Below are positions 1 to 8,970 of a stretch of 64,000 bases of DNA, in pieces. The notes under the pieces are model-generated. The model made no database searches, was not told the origin of the DNA, and saw only the letters and a program-made list of their open reading frames with translations. Source of the DNA: Candidatus Woesearchaeota archaeon (GTDB lineage Archaea > Nanobdellota > Nanobdellia > SCGC-AAA011-G17 > JACPIM01). The position numbers and the translations under genes were made by a program. The DNA lies in the NCBI GenBank assembly GCA_964513145.1, contig CAZELK010000004.1:1-64000 (forward strand), in the 5' to 3' direction. Numbering within the stretch: position 1 is the stretch's first letter; every line of letters begins with the position of its first letter.

Positions 1-226
1 CAATAAAGAAAAACGTATTGTTATTACTTATGATTCTGACTTTGAAAATCATCCTCATTTCATAAATATTAAACATTTTGGAATAATTCTTTTAAAATTT
101 AAAGACCAATCATCGAATAGAGTATTGGAAATAATATTATCAACTTTAAAATCGAAAATTGCTGATAAAATTCCAAATAATTTTACAATAATCTCAGATG
201 CTGAAATTAAAGTTTTTAAAGAATAA
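1..226 (+). CDS. DUF5615-family PIN-like protein, C-terminal part (truncated by window edge)
   Basis: Manual translation from base 2: NKEKRIVITYDSDFENHPHFINIKHFGIILLKFKDQ...KE*; the RIVIT.D.DF...H.GIILL pattern is typical of DUF5615/VapC45-like PIN proteins. Confidence 0.7.
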   Translation, partial: NKEKRIVITYDSDFENHPHFINIKHFGIILLKFKDQSSNRVLEIILSTLKSKIADKIPNNFTIISDAEIKVFKE

Positions 227-363
227 TTATTTTGCAGTTCAGAACTCTTACTTACTAAAAACCCAGTTACTCGACATGATAGCTAATGTAGGGCAGCGGC
301 GATATATCATTCTGACTAATTAAAGAGATGTACAACTTTCATACAGATTGAATATAAATAAAG

Positions 364-418
364 GGCTTTGCCTGACAAGTAAGAGTTGCCCGATAAGTAT
401 TAAATCTGCCTGAATAGT
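364..418 (+). repeat. Left transposon end: TIR plus three phased TGCCYGANWAGT repeats
   Basis: tgcctgacaagt (369-380), tgcccgataagt (387-398), tgcctgaatagt (407-418). Confidence 0.85.
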
Positions 419-454
419 CGGAAAGATTAAAAATTAAGGATTCTTCCAGAATTT

Positions 455-2479
455 ATGATTATTATAGGGAAAAAACAGACATATTGTTTTGAAGGTATTC
501 ATATACCAAGAATTTATATTCATGATGCAAAAAAAGTAAAATATTCATTAGAGCTTTTACAAAAGAAAGGTTCATTAACTAATCAAGAAATGACTGAAGA
601 AACAGAAAGGGTTCGTTCTGAAGACATAAGAGAGATATATTATTTATTGTGGCGTTTAGGATTGGGAGTTGAAGTTTCAAAAAAGGGTAGAAATATAATT
701 TTTGTAGCTAATGATAAATTAGAATCAATATCAGAATTATCTGAAACACAAATAAAAAAACTAATTTTTGAGAGGTTAAAAGAATATAATCCATTCGTTG
801 CAATTTTAGATAAACTATTAGATTATAAAAAAGAAAATAAACATTTTACTGAAAAAGATATAACTAAAGATTTCCATAATGGTAGGGATGATGGTGGGAG
901 AGTAGATAATACCCACCCTATTTTAAGATGGAGCAAAGATGAAGAATGGGGGCTTGTAAAAGAAAATACACTTACAAAAAAAGGAGAGGAATATATATTT
1001 AATGCTAAGAGGTTAGGTATTTTTTATGTTCATCATACAGCAGATTTAGAAGCAAATAATCTTCTAAACATAGTTTGTTATATTCTTTCAAAGAGTTTTA
1101 TTGAGAAGAAGACTGAGATTAATTATGATGAATTATTGGATACAATAAATATCATAGATAATCTTTTCTTAAATCAGAAAAAATTGAAGGAAATTATATC
1201 CAAACTTATAAACAAAGGATTTCCGATTTCGCAAAAGGGAGATATTATAAAAATTAATAATAAAATCTATCATGAGATAACTCCAAAATATTATGTTAAG
1301 TTTGGTCTGAACCACCTTGATGGGATAAGCGAGTTCAGTCAAGAAGAGGAACAAAAGAAATTTGATTATAAAAGATTAGTAAACAAGATAAAAGACTCTT
1401 ATATCATTTTTATCTCGGATGAAGCAATTAGTAAGGAGTTAATTACTAAAGAATCTTGTGTAGTTAATTATGAAGAATTTTTAGAAATAGAGGAGTTTGT
1501 TTCTGAAACAAAAATCAATACAATAATTTTACCTCCTGGATGGAAGCCTTTGAAAGTATCTAAAATTAGTGGAATCTTACTTTCTTTTGTGGGTTTTGGA
1601 GGAAATCTAATTGTTTTTCACGCTCCAATGGGGAGAATTGGTTCAAATAGGAATTTATTTAATTGGCTCCCAGAAGACTTATCAAGAATTTCTTTTGTTC
1701 ATAATTCATTTAATTTGGGAAAAGGATATTTTACATTTCCATTAGGAGAAAAACTATACTTAACGGAAGAATCTTATAAAAAAGAAATCGAGAAAAAAAG
1801 CAATTGTTATATTTTGGCTTCCTTTAAATATAAAAAAGGGTTGATTATTACATCTGGCTATCATCTTGATAAAAAGTTTTTCGGTTTGGATTATATCTTA
1901 GAGGTTTTGAAAAACAGAATAGTAATTAATAAGGACTCTAATAAATGGATTTATAGAAAAATTCCATCAATTAATAGATGGGAAAATGTGAATACAGAAT
2001 ATGACTTATACCCTATATTGAGAAAAATCCTAAAAGAAAATCTTAATTTAGAATTTGATAAAGAAATTACAGGTAAGCCAGGTCAAACTGATTTATTTAT
2101 AGAATCTCCTTTCTTTTGCTGTTGTGAAGTAACACCTCCAGGGATGAATGCTACGGGATTTTCTAAAGTAGCTGAAGTAGAAGGACATAGGAAAACTATG
2201 ATATTCAAGGATAAAAGAAGAGGGTTTACAAATGAAAACGTTGGGGCATGTGTAATAGGTCCTTCTTTTACCATAGAAGCTGGTGAGGATAAATCAGGGG
2301 CGATTGATATGGCTAATGCAATGAATATTTCTTTAATAAGTTATAGAGATATTTATGAATTATTATGCATTTCTGAAGAAAGAAAATTAAGCAGTGAGGA
2401 GATTAAATCAATATTTTTTAATGAAACAAAAGAAGCTTCAGCTTCTTTAAGAATAAGTAAACTAAAGAAATTTATTTAA
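455..2479 (+). CDS. Putative Type II (IIS-like) restriction endonuclease, 674 aa
   Basis: C-terminal PD-(D/E)xK-like segment GKPGQTDLFIESPFFCCCEVT; wHTH-like N-terminal part; convergent with and overlapping two DNA methyltransferases. Confidence 0.65.
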   Translation: MIIIGKKQTYCFEGIHIPRIYIHDAKKVKYSLELLQKKGSLTNQEMTEETERVRSEDIREIYYLLWRLGLGVEVSKKGRNIIFVANDKLESISELSETQIKKLIFERLKEYNPFVAILDKLLDYKKENKHFTEKDITKDFHNGRDDGGRVDNTHPILRWSKDEEWGLVKENTLTKKGEEYIFNAKRLGIFYVHHTADLEANNLLNIVCYILSKSFIEKKTEINYDELLDTINIIDNLFLNQKKLKEIISKLINKGFPISQKGDIIKINNKIYHEITPKYYVKFGLNHLDGISEFSQEEEQKKFDYKRLVNKIKDSYIIFISDEAISKELITKESCVVNYEEFLEIEEFVSETKINTIILPPGWKPLKVSKISGILLSFVGFGGNLIVFHAPMGRIGSNRNLFNWLPEDLSRISFVHNSFNLGKGYFTFPLGEKLYLTEESYKKEIEKKSNCYILASFKYKKGLIITSGYHLDKKFFGLDYILEVLKNRIVINKDSNKWIYRKIPSINRWENVNTEYDLYPILRKILKENLNLEFDKEITGKPGQTDLFIESPFFCCCEVTPPGMNATGFSKVAEVEGHRKTMIFKDKRRGFTNENVGACVIGPSFTIEAGEDKSGAIDMANAMNISLISYRDIYELLCISEERKLSSEEIKSIFFNETKEASASLRISKLKKFI

Positions 2480-3406
2480 TCCTTGTTTTGGTTTCTTCTC
2501 ATTTTCTAATTTTTCTTTTGCTTTTTTAAATTTCTTATAATCTTTAAAAGCCTTTTCCATTTTTTCATTAAGAGAAACTAATTCATAGTCTATACTATGG
2601 TCATAAATCTCTTTTTCAAATGAATCAAATTTTATAGTGCTCACTTTTTTTTCTATAAGCTTACAATATTCCTTAGATAATTCCACAGCAATGGAGTTTC
2701 TACCTAACTCTTTCGCGACTTTGTTTGTGGTCCCACATCCAGCAAATGGGTCTAATACTATTTCATTCTTGAATGAAAAAAGGAGGATTAATCTCTTCGG
2801 CAATTCTTCTGGGAATGGGGCAACGTGTTTCTCATCATTTTTTGGTGAATTAATTGGTGGAATATCCCATACGCTGTATGCCATTTTCCTGATGAATAAT
2901 CTATTAAATTTTGATTCTTTGCTAAAATCAAAATGTCCATTGCTTCCTTTTTGAAATATCAATATATATTCATGATTTATATTTGTATTAAACATCAAAG
3001 GATAAGGATTCTGAGAAAATTGGGTTGCTCCTCTTTGCCATTTTGTTTGACCTCGGGGTTTGTTCCATATAACATCTTTTCTAAAAGTAAATCCTACAAC
3101 TTCAGCATCTCTTACAAAATCCCCAGCAATAAATTTCATACCTTCATTAGAAACAATAGTCCCTATATTTATAGCCATAAATCTTCCATATTTTAAAACT
3201 TTATAGCTTTCTTCAAATACTTTTTTCATATTATGGATATAATCTTGATAACTATCTTTGAATCCAATTTGACTTTTATATCCATAATTTCTTAAATTCC
3301 AATATGGTGGACTAAAAACTATAAAATCTACGCTATCCTTATCAATAAAATTAGATAATTTTCTACTGTCTTCATTAATAATTCTAACGTTTGAATTAAT
3401 TACCAT
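2462..3406 (-). CDS. DNA methyltransferase, beta class, probably N4-cytosine
   Basis: Motif IV FSPPY before motif I LDPFAGCGTT; HVAPFPEELP. Confidence 0.9.
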   Translation of the reverse strand: MVINSNVRIINEDSRKLSNFIDKDSVDFIVFSPPYWNLRNYGYKSQIGFKDSYQDYIHNMKKVFEESYKVLKYGRFMAINIGTIVSNEGMKFIAGDFVRDAEVVGFTFRKDVIWNKPRGQTKWQRGATQFSQNPYPLMFNTNINHEYILIFQKGSNGHFDFSKESKFNRLFIRKMAYSVWDIPPINSPKNDEKHVAPFPEELPKRLILLFSFKNEIVLDPFAGCGTTNKVAKELGRNSIAVELSKEYCKLIEKKVSTIKFDSFEKEIYDHSIDYELVSLNEKMEKAFKDYKKFKKAKEKLENEKKPKQGLNKFL

Positions 3407-4229
3407 TTCCTAATAGATACCTCTTTATTCTTTCTTCTGCTATTTTATGAAACTTTTTATCTATTTCGCATCCAATAAATTTTCTTTTTAATTCAAGACA
3501 AGCTATAGCAGTAGTTCCAGAACCTATAAAACAATCTAAAACAATATCCCCTTCTTTTGAAGAACTTTTAACAATCCATTTTAATATTTCAACTGGTTTT
3601 TGTGTTGGATGTTCTGTTCCTTCCAATTTACTTTTTCTTGAAATTGAAGAATGCGAAATAACACTTAAAGGAAACCTTCTACCATCTTTGAATATTGTAT
3701 GATTTGCTTTCCAATTATTTCTAACTGTAGAAATTACTTTATTTTTTCTTACATAGGGTTTTCCTGGAGTTTTTATACTTTCTAAATCAAAATAAATAGA
3801 ACTCGTTTTAATACCTTTCTTCTTAAAACACCAGATTAATTCATGAGACCTCATTGGCATAAAATTAGAAGCCCAAAATCCTTTTCCTTTATTCCAAACT
3901 AATTCAAACCTAAACTCAAACAAATCTTTTATTTGATGATATGTCTCCGATAACATTGGTTGTTTTCCAAAAATATAAACTTGACCATGGTTTTTTAATA
4001 TTCGTGAAAATTCTCTTTTTATTGTTTCCCACTCATTAAAATTATCCCATTCTTTAGGTAATTCATTATAAGGTGGGTCTATTACAATTAGATTAACTGA
4101 ATCATTATCTATATTTTTTAGATATTCTCTACAGTCCATATTTTTAATTTTATTTAATTCAATCTTACTTTCTTTTAAAGATTTATTAAAAGAATAAATC
4201 TTATTTTCTAGTTCAATCTGATAAGTCAT
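3396..4229 (-). CDS. DNA methyltransferase, beta class, probably N6-adenine
   Basis: Motif IV IDPPY, HPTQKP, motif I LDCFIGSGTT. Confidence 0.9.
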   Translation of the reverse strand: MTYQIELENKIYSFNKSLKESKIELNKIKNMDCREYLKNIDNDSVNLIVIDPPYNELPKEWDNFNEWETIKREFSRILKNHGQVYIFGKQPMLSETYHQIKDLFEFRFELVWNKGKGFWASNFMPMRSHELIWCFKKKGIKTSSIYFDLESIKTPGKPYVRKNKVISTVRNNWKANHTIFKDGRRFPLSVISHSSISRKSKLEGTEHPTQKPVEILKWIVKSSSKEGDIVLDCFIGSGTTAIACLELKRKFIGCEIDKKFHKIAEERIKRYLLGNGN

Positions 4230-4432
4230 TTTCTTTTATCCCCTTTGTTAAATCTTACTTTAGGTTTATTCCAGTAAGGAGATTTGCAAAAAGGACAAAC
4301 AGTAGGAATAAAACCTTTTTCCTGAGGTAGCCATTCATGAGAACAACGATAACACCTGTGACCAATCAAATTAACGTTAGCACCAGCTATTACCCACTCT
4401 TTTTTTTGCATATTTCCCTTTAAGATGTTCAT
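4226..4432 (-). CDS. Small Zn-ribbon protein, first gene of the methyltransferase operon
   Basis: CYRCSHEW...VCPFCKSPYWNKP; stop overlaps MTase start; divergent from the transposase. Confidence 0.75.
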   Translation of the reverse strand: MNILKGNMQKKEWVIAGANVNLIGHRCYRCSHEWLPQEKGFIPTVCPFCKSPYWNKPKVRFNKGDKRK

Positions 4433-4458
4433 CTTAATAAATTTAATGTCTAAACGTA

Positions 4459-4542
4459 TATATAAACATTTGTATTATAATATTATTAATATGTTATCTT
4501 TAATATATTATTAGTGTAATAACAAATAGGAATGTTTATATA
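4459..4542. promoter_or_regulatory. Divergent archaeal promoter pair (back-to-back TATA boxes)
   Basis: Perfect 12-bp inverted repeat TATATAAACATT (4459-4470) / AATGTTTATATA (4531-4542), each containing TTTATATA, between divergent genes. Confidence 0.55.
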
Positions 4543-4587
4543 TTAGATAGTATATACCTATGTATAATATAACAATTAACATAGGAG

Positions 4588-5829
4588 TTGATAAAAATGA
4601 AAATCAATCAATTAAATGAAAGCAATTATAAAAATCTGACAAGAGAACAAAGAGGATTAATTATAGCACAAAAATACAGGATAACAAAAACAAATGAAGG
4701 TTATAAAGTGCCGTCGCAGTTCGGCTATGGACATTATAATGTAAAAATAAAAAGCATAGGGGAAGAATGCGACTGCCCTGATTATGAATTAAGAAAGCAC
4801 AAATGCAAACACATTTTTGCAGTTGAATATATTTTAAAGAAAGAAGTAGATGTTGATGGCAATATTATCATAACACATACAAAGAAGATAACATACCAAC
4901 AAGACTGGAAGAACTATAATTTATCACAGCAGAAAGAAAAAGAATTGTTTATGAAATTATTGAGTGATTTGGTAAAAGGAATTACACAGCCAGTTTATAA
5001 TTTCGGCAGACCTAAAACACAGTTAAGTGATGCTGTCTACTCTATGATTTTCAAAGTTTATTCTGGATTCTCTGGCAGAAGATTTGCAACTGACATGAAT
5101 AATTCTTTAAACAATAATTACATAGAACAAAAAGTCCCTTACAATACTATGTTTGATTATTTTAACAAAAAAGAATTAACATCATTATTAACTGAAATGG
5201 TAAAGATAACAAGTCTACCTTTAAAAAATATAGAAACTAAATTTAGTGTTGACAGCACTGGATTTGGAACTTCAGTTTATCAGAGATGGTTCAGCTATAA
5301 ATATGGAAAAGAGATTGATTCTAGAAAATGGCTTAAATGTCATATTGTAAATGGCGTTCAGACAAATATAATTACTGGAATAGAAATAACAGCAGAATAT
5401 GACAATGATTGTCCTGAATTAAAATCTCTTGTAAAACAGACAGCAGAAAACTTTACAATAAAGGAAGTTTCAGCTGACTTGGCTTATTCTTCACGAGAAA
5501 ATTTAAAATTAATTGATGACTTAGGCGGAACTGCATACATTCCTTTCAAAAGCAATGCAACTGGAAAAGCAAGAGGATATTATATTTGGACTAAAATGTA
5601 TCATTATTTTCAGTTTAAAAAAGAAGAGTATCTTCAACATTATCATCTGCGTAGCAATAGTGAGACTACAATGATGATGATTAAAAGCAAGTTTGGTGGC
5701 TCTTTAAGAAGCAAAAAATGGACTTCGCAAGTAAATGAATTATTATGTAAAATAATCTGCCATAATATTTGCTGTGTAATTACTACTATGTTTGAATTAG
5801 GAATAAACCCAGAATTTAGTTTAGATTAA
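4588..5829 (+). CDS. Transposase: N-terminal SWIM Zn finger plus IS4/IS5-like DDE domain
   Basis: SWIM CDCPDY...CKHIFAV; DDE residues in FSVDSTGF, VSADLAYSS and RSNSETT; intact 413-aa ORF; ATG at 4597 after GGAG. Confidence 0.9.
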   Translation: MIKMKINQLNESNYKNLTREQRGLIIAQKYRITKTNEGYKVPSQFGYGHYNVKIKSIGEECDCPDYELRKHKCKHIFAVEYILKKEVDVDGNIIITHTKKITYQQDWKNYNLSQQKEKELFMKLLSDLVKGITQPVYNFGRPKTQLSDAVYSMIFKVYSGFSGRRFATDMNNSLNNNYIEQKVPYNTMFDYFNKKELTSLLTEMVKITSLPLKNIETKFSVDSTGFGTSVYQRWFSYKYGKEIDSRKWLKCHIVNGVQTNIITGIEITAEYDNDCPELKSLVKQTAENFTIKEVSADLAYSSRENLKLIDDLGGTAYIPFKSNATGKARGYYIWTKMYHYFQFKKEEYLQHYHLRSNSETTMMMIKSKFGGSLRSKKWTSQVNELLCKIICHNICCVITTMFELGINPEFSLD

Positions 5830-5841
5830 ACTCTTTTCTGT

Positions 5842-6291
5842 TTAAATTGCTTGATGGATTAAATAAAGAATGTTCAAAACACGATAAACTCTAAGAAAAG
5901 TGAGAAAACACAGATAAATTAAGACAAAACTCAGTAAGAAAGTATTAATATAAATCCCAGATATAAACAGATATCCTAAAGAATAAATTAAGGCAATAAA
6001 AGTGACTATTATTGTGGTTATAAATCTCTCATAAATTTGTCCAAATAATCCAGCTTTTTTTATTTTTTCAAGTGTAAAACTTTTTTCAGTATCAAGCATA
6101 AAAAGAATAGTGAAAGCAGTGATTACAAACCCCAATAGTGTTCCATATAGACCAACTAAAATGCCTCCAACAGAATTAAAATCAAAATTAAAATTTATGT
6201 CAAATTTATTAATTAGAAAACCAGATATTGTAAAAATAACTAGTAAAATTAATGAATCATACCAAATTGAGTTTTTCTTCAAATTAACCAT
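5842..6291 (-). CDS. Multi-pass membrane protein, transposon cargo
   Basis: 3-4 hydrophobic helices; overlaps the stop of the upstream soluble gene. Confidence 0.8.
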   Translation of the reverse strand: MVNLKKNSIWYDSLILLVIFTISGFLINKFDINFNFDFNSVGGILVGLYGTLLGFVITAFTILFMLDTEKSFTLEKIKKAGLFGQIYERFITTIIVTFIALIYSLGYLFISGIYINTFLLSFVLIYLCFLTFLRVYRVLNILYLIHQAI

Positions 6292-7189
6292 TTAATTTAT
6301 TATCATTATATTTATCTTCAAAATCTCTTTTAATTAATCTAAATAATTCAGTTTCATTCCCAACATAATATTCTTTAGTTTGTGGCGGATAAAACTTTAT
6401 AATTTGGTCTTTCAGATTTATTCTTGGTTGAATTTCACTATCAATCTCAAAATATATAGTTCTTAAAAGACTTCCAAAATCAACAGAAGTAATATCTGAC
6501 AAGTTTTGTATTTTAAACAACTTTTTCAAAAAATCCTTGAATAATTGCCCCTTTCCTTTAGACCATTTAATTAGCAATTCACAATCTAATTCTTCTTTTT
6601 TTAATTCTTTAAAGGCATCTTCTACAACCCCTATTTTTTCTATGTCTTCTGTTGGAATATTCTTTTTTAGCCTTAATCTTGCCAAAGTTATTTTATTTTC
6701 CCCGATAGCATTTAAAACAGGAATCAAGTCTCCACCTAACTTTTGTTTTGTTCTTATATTATTTTTATTAAGTCTTTCTTTCAAGTAAGTAACAATCCCC
6801 CCAATATTCAATGCAAATGGTACATCTTCTACTATTAAGAGTCTATCACCATTTTTCTTGTTTATATATAAAATAAAATAAATTACTCCTCTTTCCAAAG
6901 TACAAATTCCAGAACCTTCCCCCAAATCTATTTCAATCAATTCTCCAAATTTTTCTTCCTTAAAATCTGTAGTTTTATGTGATTGAATTAGTTTCCCAAA
7001 AAAATAAATGTTATTTTCAATCTCTTCTTTAATCATAATTTGTAAATGGTGTCTTGAATCCGACTTATCAATATAGAAAGGAGGTTCATCAGACTCAGTT
7101 TCTTCTTTTATTTTGTCAAATAGTTTTATAATTTTCTCGTCTTCAACATCTTCTATTTGTAGGTCGTGAAAATAAAAGCGAGTTTCCAT
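6284..7189 (-). CDS. Soluble hypothetical protein (DUF4747/DUF6731-like), transposon cargo
   Basis: Long ORF; the listed TTG start at 7318 lies inside the right TIR, so ATG at 7189 (METRFYFHDL) is preferred; family assignment is by impression only. Confidence 0.6.
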   Translation of the reverse strand: METRFYFHDLQIEDVEDEKIIKLFDKIKEETESDEPPFYIDKSDSRHHLQIMIKEEIENNIYFFGKLIQSHKTTDFKEEKFGELIEIDLGEGSGICTLERGVIYFILYINKKNGDRLLIVEDVPFALNIGGIVTYLKERLNKNNIRTKQKLGGDLIPVLNAIGENKITLARLRLKKNIPTEDIEKIGVVEDAFKELKKEELDCELLIKWSKGKGQLFKDFLKKLFKIQNLSDITSVDFGSLLRTIYFEIDSEIQPRINLKDQIIKFYPPQTKEYYVGNETELFRLIKRDFEDKYNDNKLNG

Positions 7190-7259
7190 AATCTCTTTAT
7201 GAATTTCTTGCCTTTTAAAAAATATGTTGTTTTTCATAACTTCTTTTAGATTAAGATAG

Positions 7260-7322
7260 TGCCCGAAAACTATTAATTCTGCACGAAAAGTCTTACTTTT
7301 CAAAGACTTTACAGGCAAAGCC
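7260..7322. repeat. Right transposon end: two subterminal repeats plus TIR
   Basis: tgcccgaaaact (7260-7271), tgcacgaaaagt (7280-7291), inverted terminal copy in 7306-7322. Confidence 0.85.
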
Positions 7323-7374
7323 TAAATAAAGCAAAATTATATAAAGTAAAAATCAATTAAATAAATATATCAAA

Positions 7375-8661
7375 ATGAAAAAAGGTGAAATTTATATTTT
7401 ATTATTTTTAATAATCTCTTTAATATTAATTTCCTTTATAGTTGTTGCAGCAACAAATACTCCTACTGAAAATGGAAACCAGCCTTCTTCAGGCAACTGC
7501 ACTTATGGCACTTACCAATGCAATGGCGATTATGTGCAAAAATGTGACAGTTCACAATGGTTTGATGCAGACTATTGCAAGACTGGATGTACTGATGGTC
7601 AATGTAATAAGGGGTCTTATGAAGAACTACCAGAAACACCACCAGAACCAAAACCATATCAAGAAACACCACCAGAACCACAACCATCTGTTGATTTGCT
7701 TGAGTGCCAGTATCTATGTGATTTAATTGCAAAAAATTGTGGGAATATGAATATAGAAATAAATGAATGTAACAAAAAACACAATAAATGTTCTGAAAAT
7801 TGCTCTATACAATTTCCTTTGGAAGAACCTTTATCAAACAATTTTGCAGACTATGGAGATGCTCCTGATCCAAATTTTCCAAGCCTAAAGGCAAACAATG
7901 GGGCAAGACATTTAAACACACAATATGAATGGCTTGGTCTTGATGTTACTAAAGAAGTTGACTCGCGCCAGATTGATCTTGATGAAAAGGATGATGGTAT
8001 TGCAACATCTAATTTATTATCTGGTTTTTATACATGTTTTCAAAAAGTAATACCAGTAATTGTTTCTGTTAAGAACAGAAATTATCCAATCCATGCTTAT
8101 TCGAATAATAATTTGCTTTATCTTAATATGCTATTTGACTGGAATCAAAATGGAGAATGGTCTGGTGGAACTTTCTGTGGTCCTACTGAGATTTTTCCTG
8201 AACATGCAGTCGTTAACTATCCTATTAATGTAAGTGCTTGGCCGCCAGGAGTAACAACAAAGATAATTAATATTCCTGTGAGAACTGGTGGATCAGTAAT
8301 AAATAGCTGGATCAGAGCAACCTTGACATATAACCAGCAAGTTAATTTTCCTTGGGATGGTACAGGAACATTTGATTTTGGAGAAACTGAAGACTATGGT
8401 CCACAAGGTTTGCATAGTGAACCACCCTCAAATGAATCTATTCCACCTAGATATGAAGAGGAATCGCCAAATGAAAATCCACAATCCACGAAAGAATCTG
8501 ATAACAGAGAATGTCAGGGCAATAATGAATGTGAAAGTAATGTTTGTGCAAACGGAATTTGCATAACAGTACCTGAAGAACAAAGAGAGCAACAGTCAGG
8601 AATAGTTATTAATACAGTAGTGCAGGCAATAAAAAATTTTTTTATAAATTTATTTCAATGA
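7375..8661 (+). CDS. Secreted/surface GEVED-domain protein with Cys-rich and Pro-Glu linker regions
   Basis: N-terminal hydrophobic signal; DYGDAP...LFDWNQNGEW...WIRATL...GETEDY; ETPPEP repeated twice. Confidence 0.8.
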   Translation: MKKGEIYILLFLIISLILISFIVVAATNTPTENGNQPSSGNCTYGTYQCNGDYVQKCDSSQWFDADYCKTGCTDGQCNKGSYEELPETPPEPKPYQETPPEPQPSVDLLECQYLCDLIAKNCGNMNIEINECNKKHNKCSENCSIQFPLEEPLSNNFADYGDAPDPNFPSLKANNGARHLNTQYEWLGLDVTKEVDSRQIDLDEKDDGIATSNLLSGFYTCFQKVIPVIVSVKNRNYPIHAYSNNNLLYLNMLFDWNQNGEWSGGTFCGPTEIFPEHAVVNYPINVSAWPPGVTTKIINIPVRTGGSVINSWIRATLTYNQQVNFPWDGTGTFDFGETEDYGPQGLHSEPPSNESIPPRYEEESPNENPQSTKESDNRECQGNNECESNVCANGICITVPEEQREQQSGIVINTVVQAIKNFFINLFQ

Positions 8662-8970
8662 CCATAATTTGATAATGATTTAATATAATAAATATTTTGA
8701 ACATATTAATGGAACTTATAAGACTAGTTCTCCAAACATACGCAACTAGCACATGGTAGGGTCGCGGAGTTATACAATTTTGACAAATTGAAGTATATAT
8801 ATGGAGAGAATCTAGTTATTGGCGATAAAATTATTACTAAAAATAATATTAAATATTTTAATTTCATAGTAAATTTGTTCTATTTTTATATCTATGGATT
8901 TATTGCTCTACAAACTATATTATATAGTATAAGAAACATTTATATATTGTCTTAAAGCAAAATTATTTAC

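Larger units (their letters stand above)
364..7322. mobile_element. 6,959-bp unit transposon with SWIM-DDE transposase and defence cargo
   Basis: Left TIR GGCTTTGCCTGACAAGT (364-380); right TIR reverse complement GGCTTTGCCTGTAAAGT (7306-7322), 15/17 identical; identical 9-bp flanks TAAATAAAG at 355-363 and 7323-7331; internal DDE transposase. Confidence 0.92.

Noticed and set aside
243-387. 11-bp inverted repeat AACTCTTACTT / AAGTAAGAGTT suggesting a MITE in 227-455
   Set aside because: No TSD, and the right copy lies inside the left end of the 7-kb transposon; likely chance or an older decayed end
7633-7681. Direct repeat GAAACACCACCAGAACCA
   Set aside because: Encodes an ETPPEP linker duplication within the GEVED protein; not a CRISPR or att site
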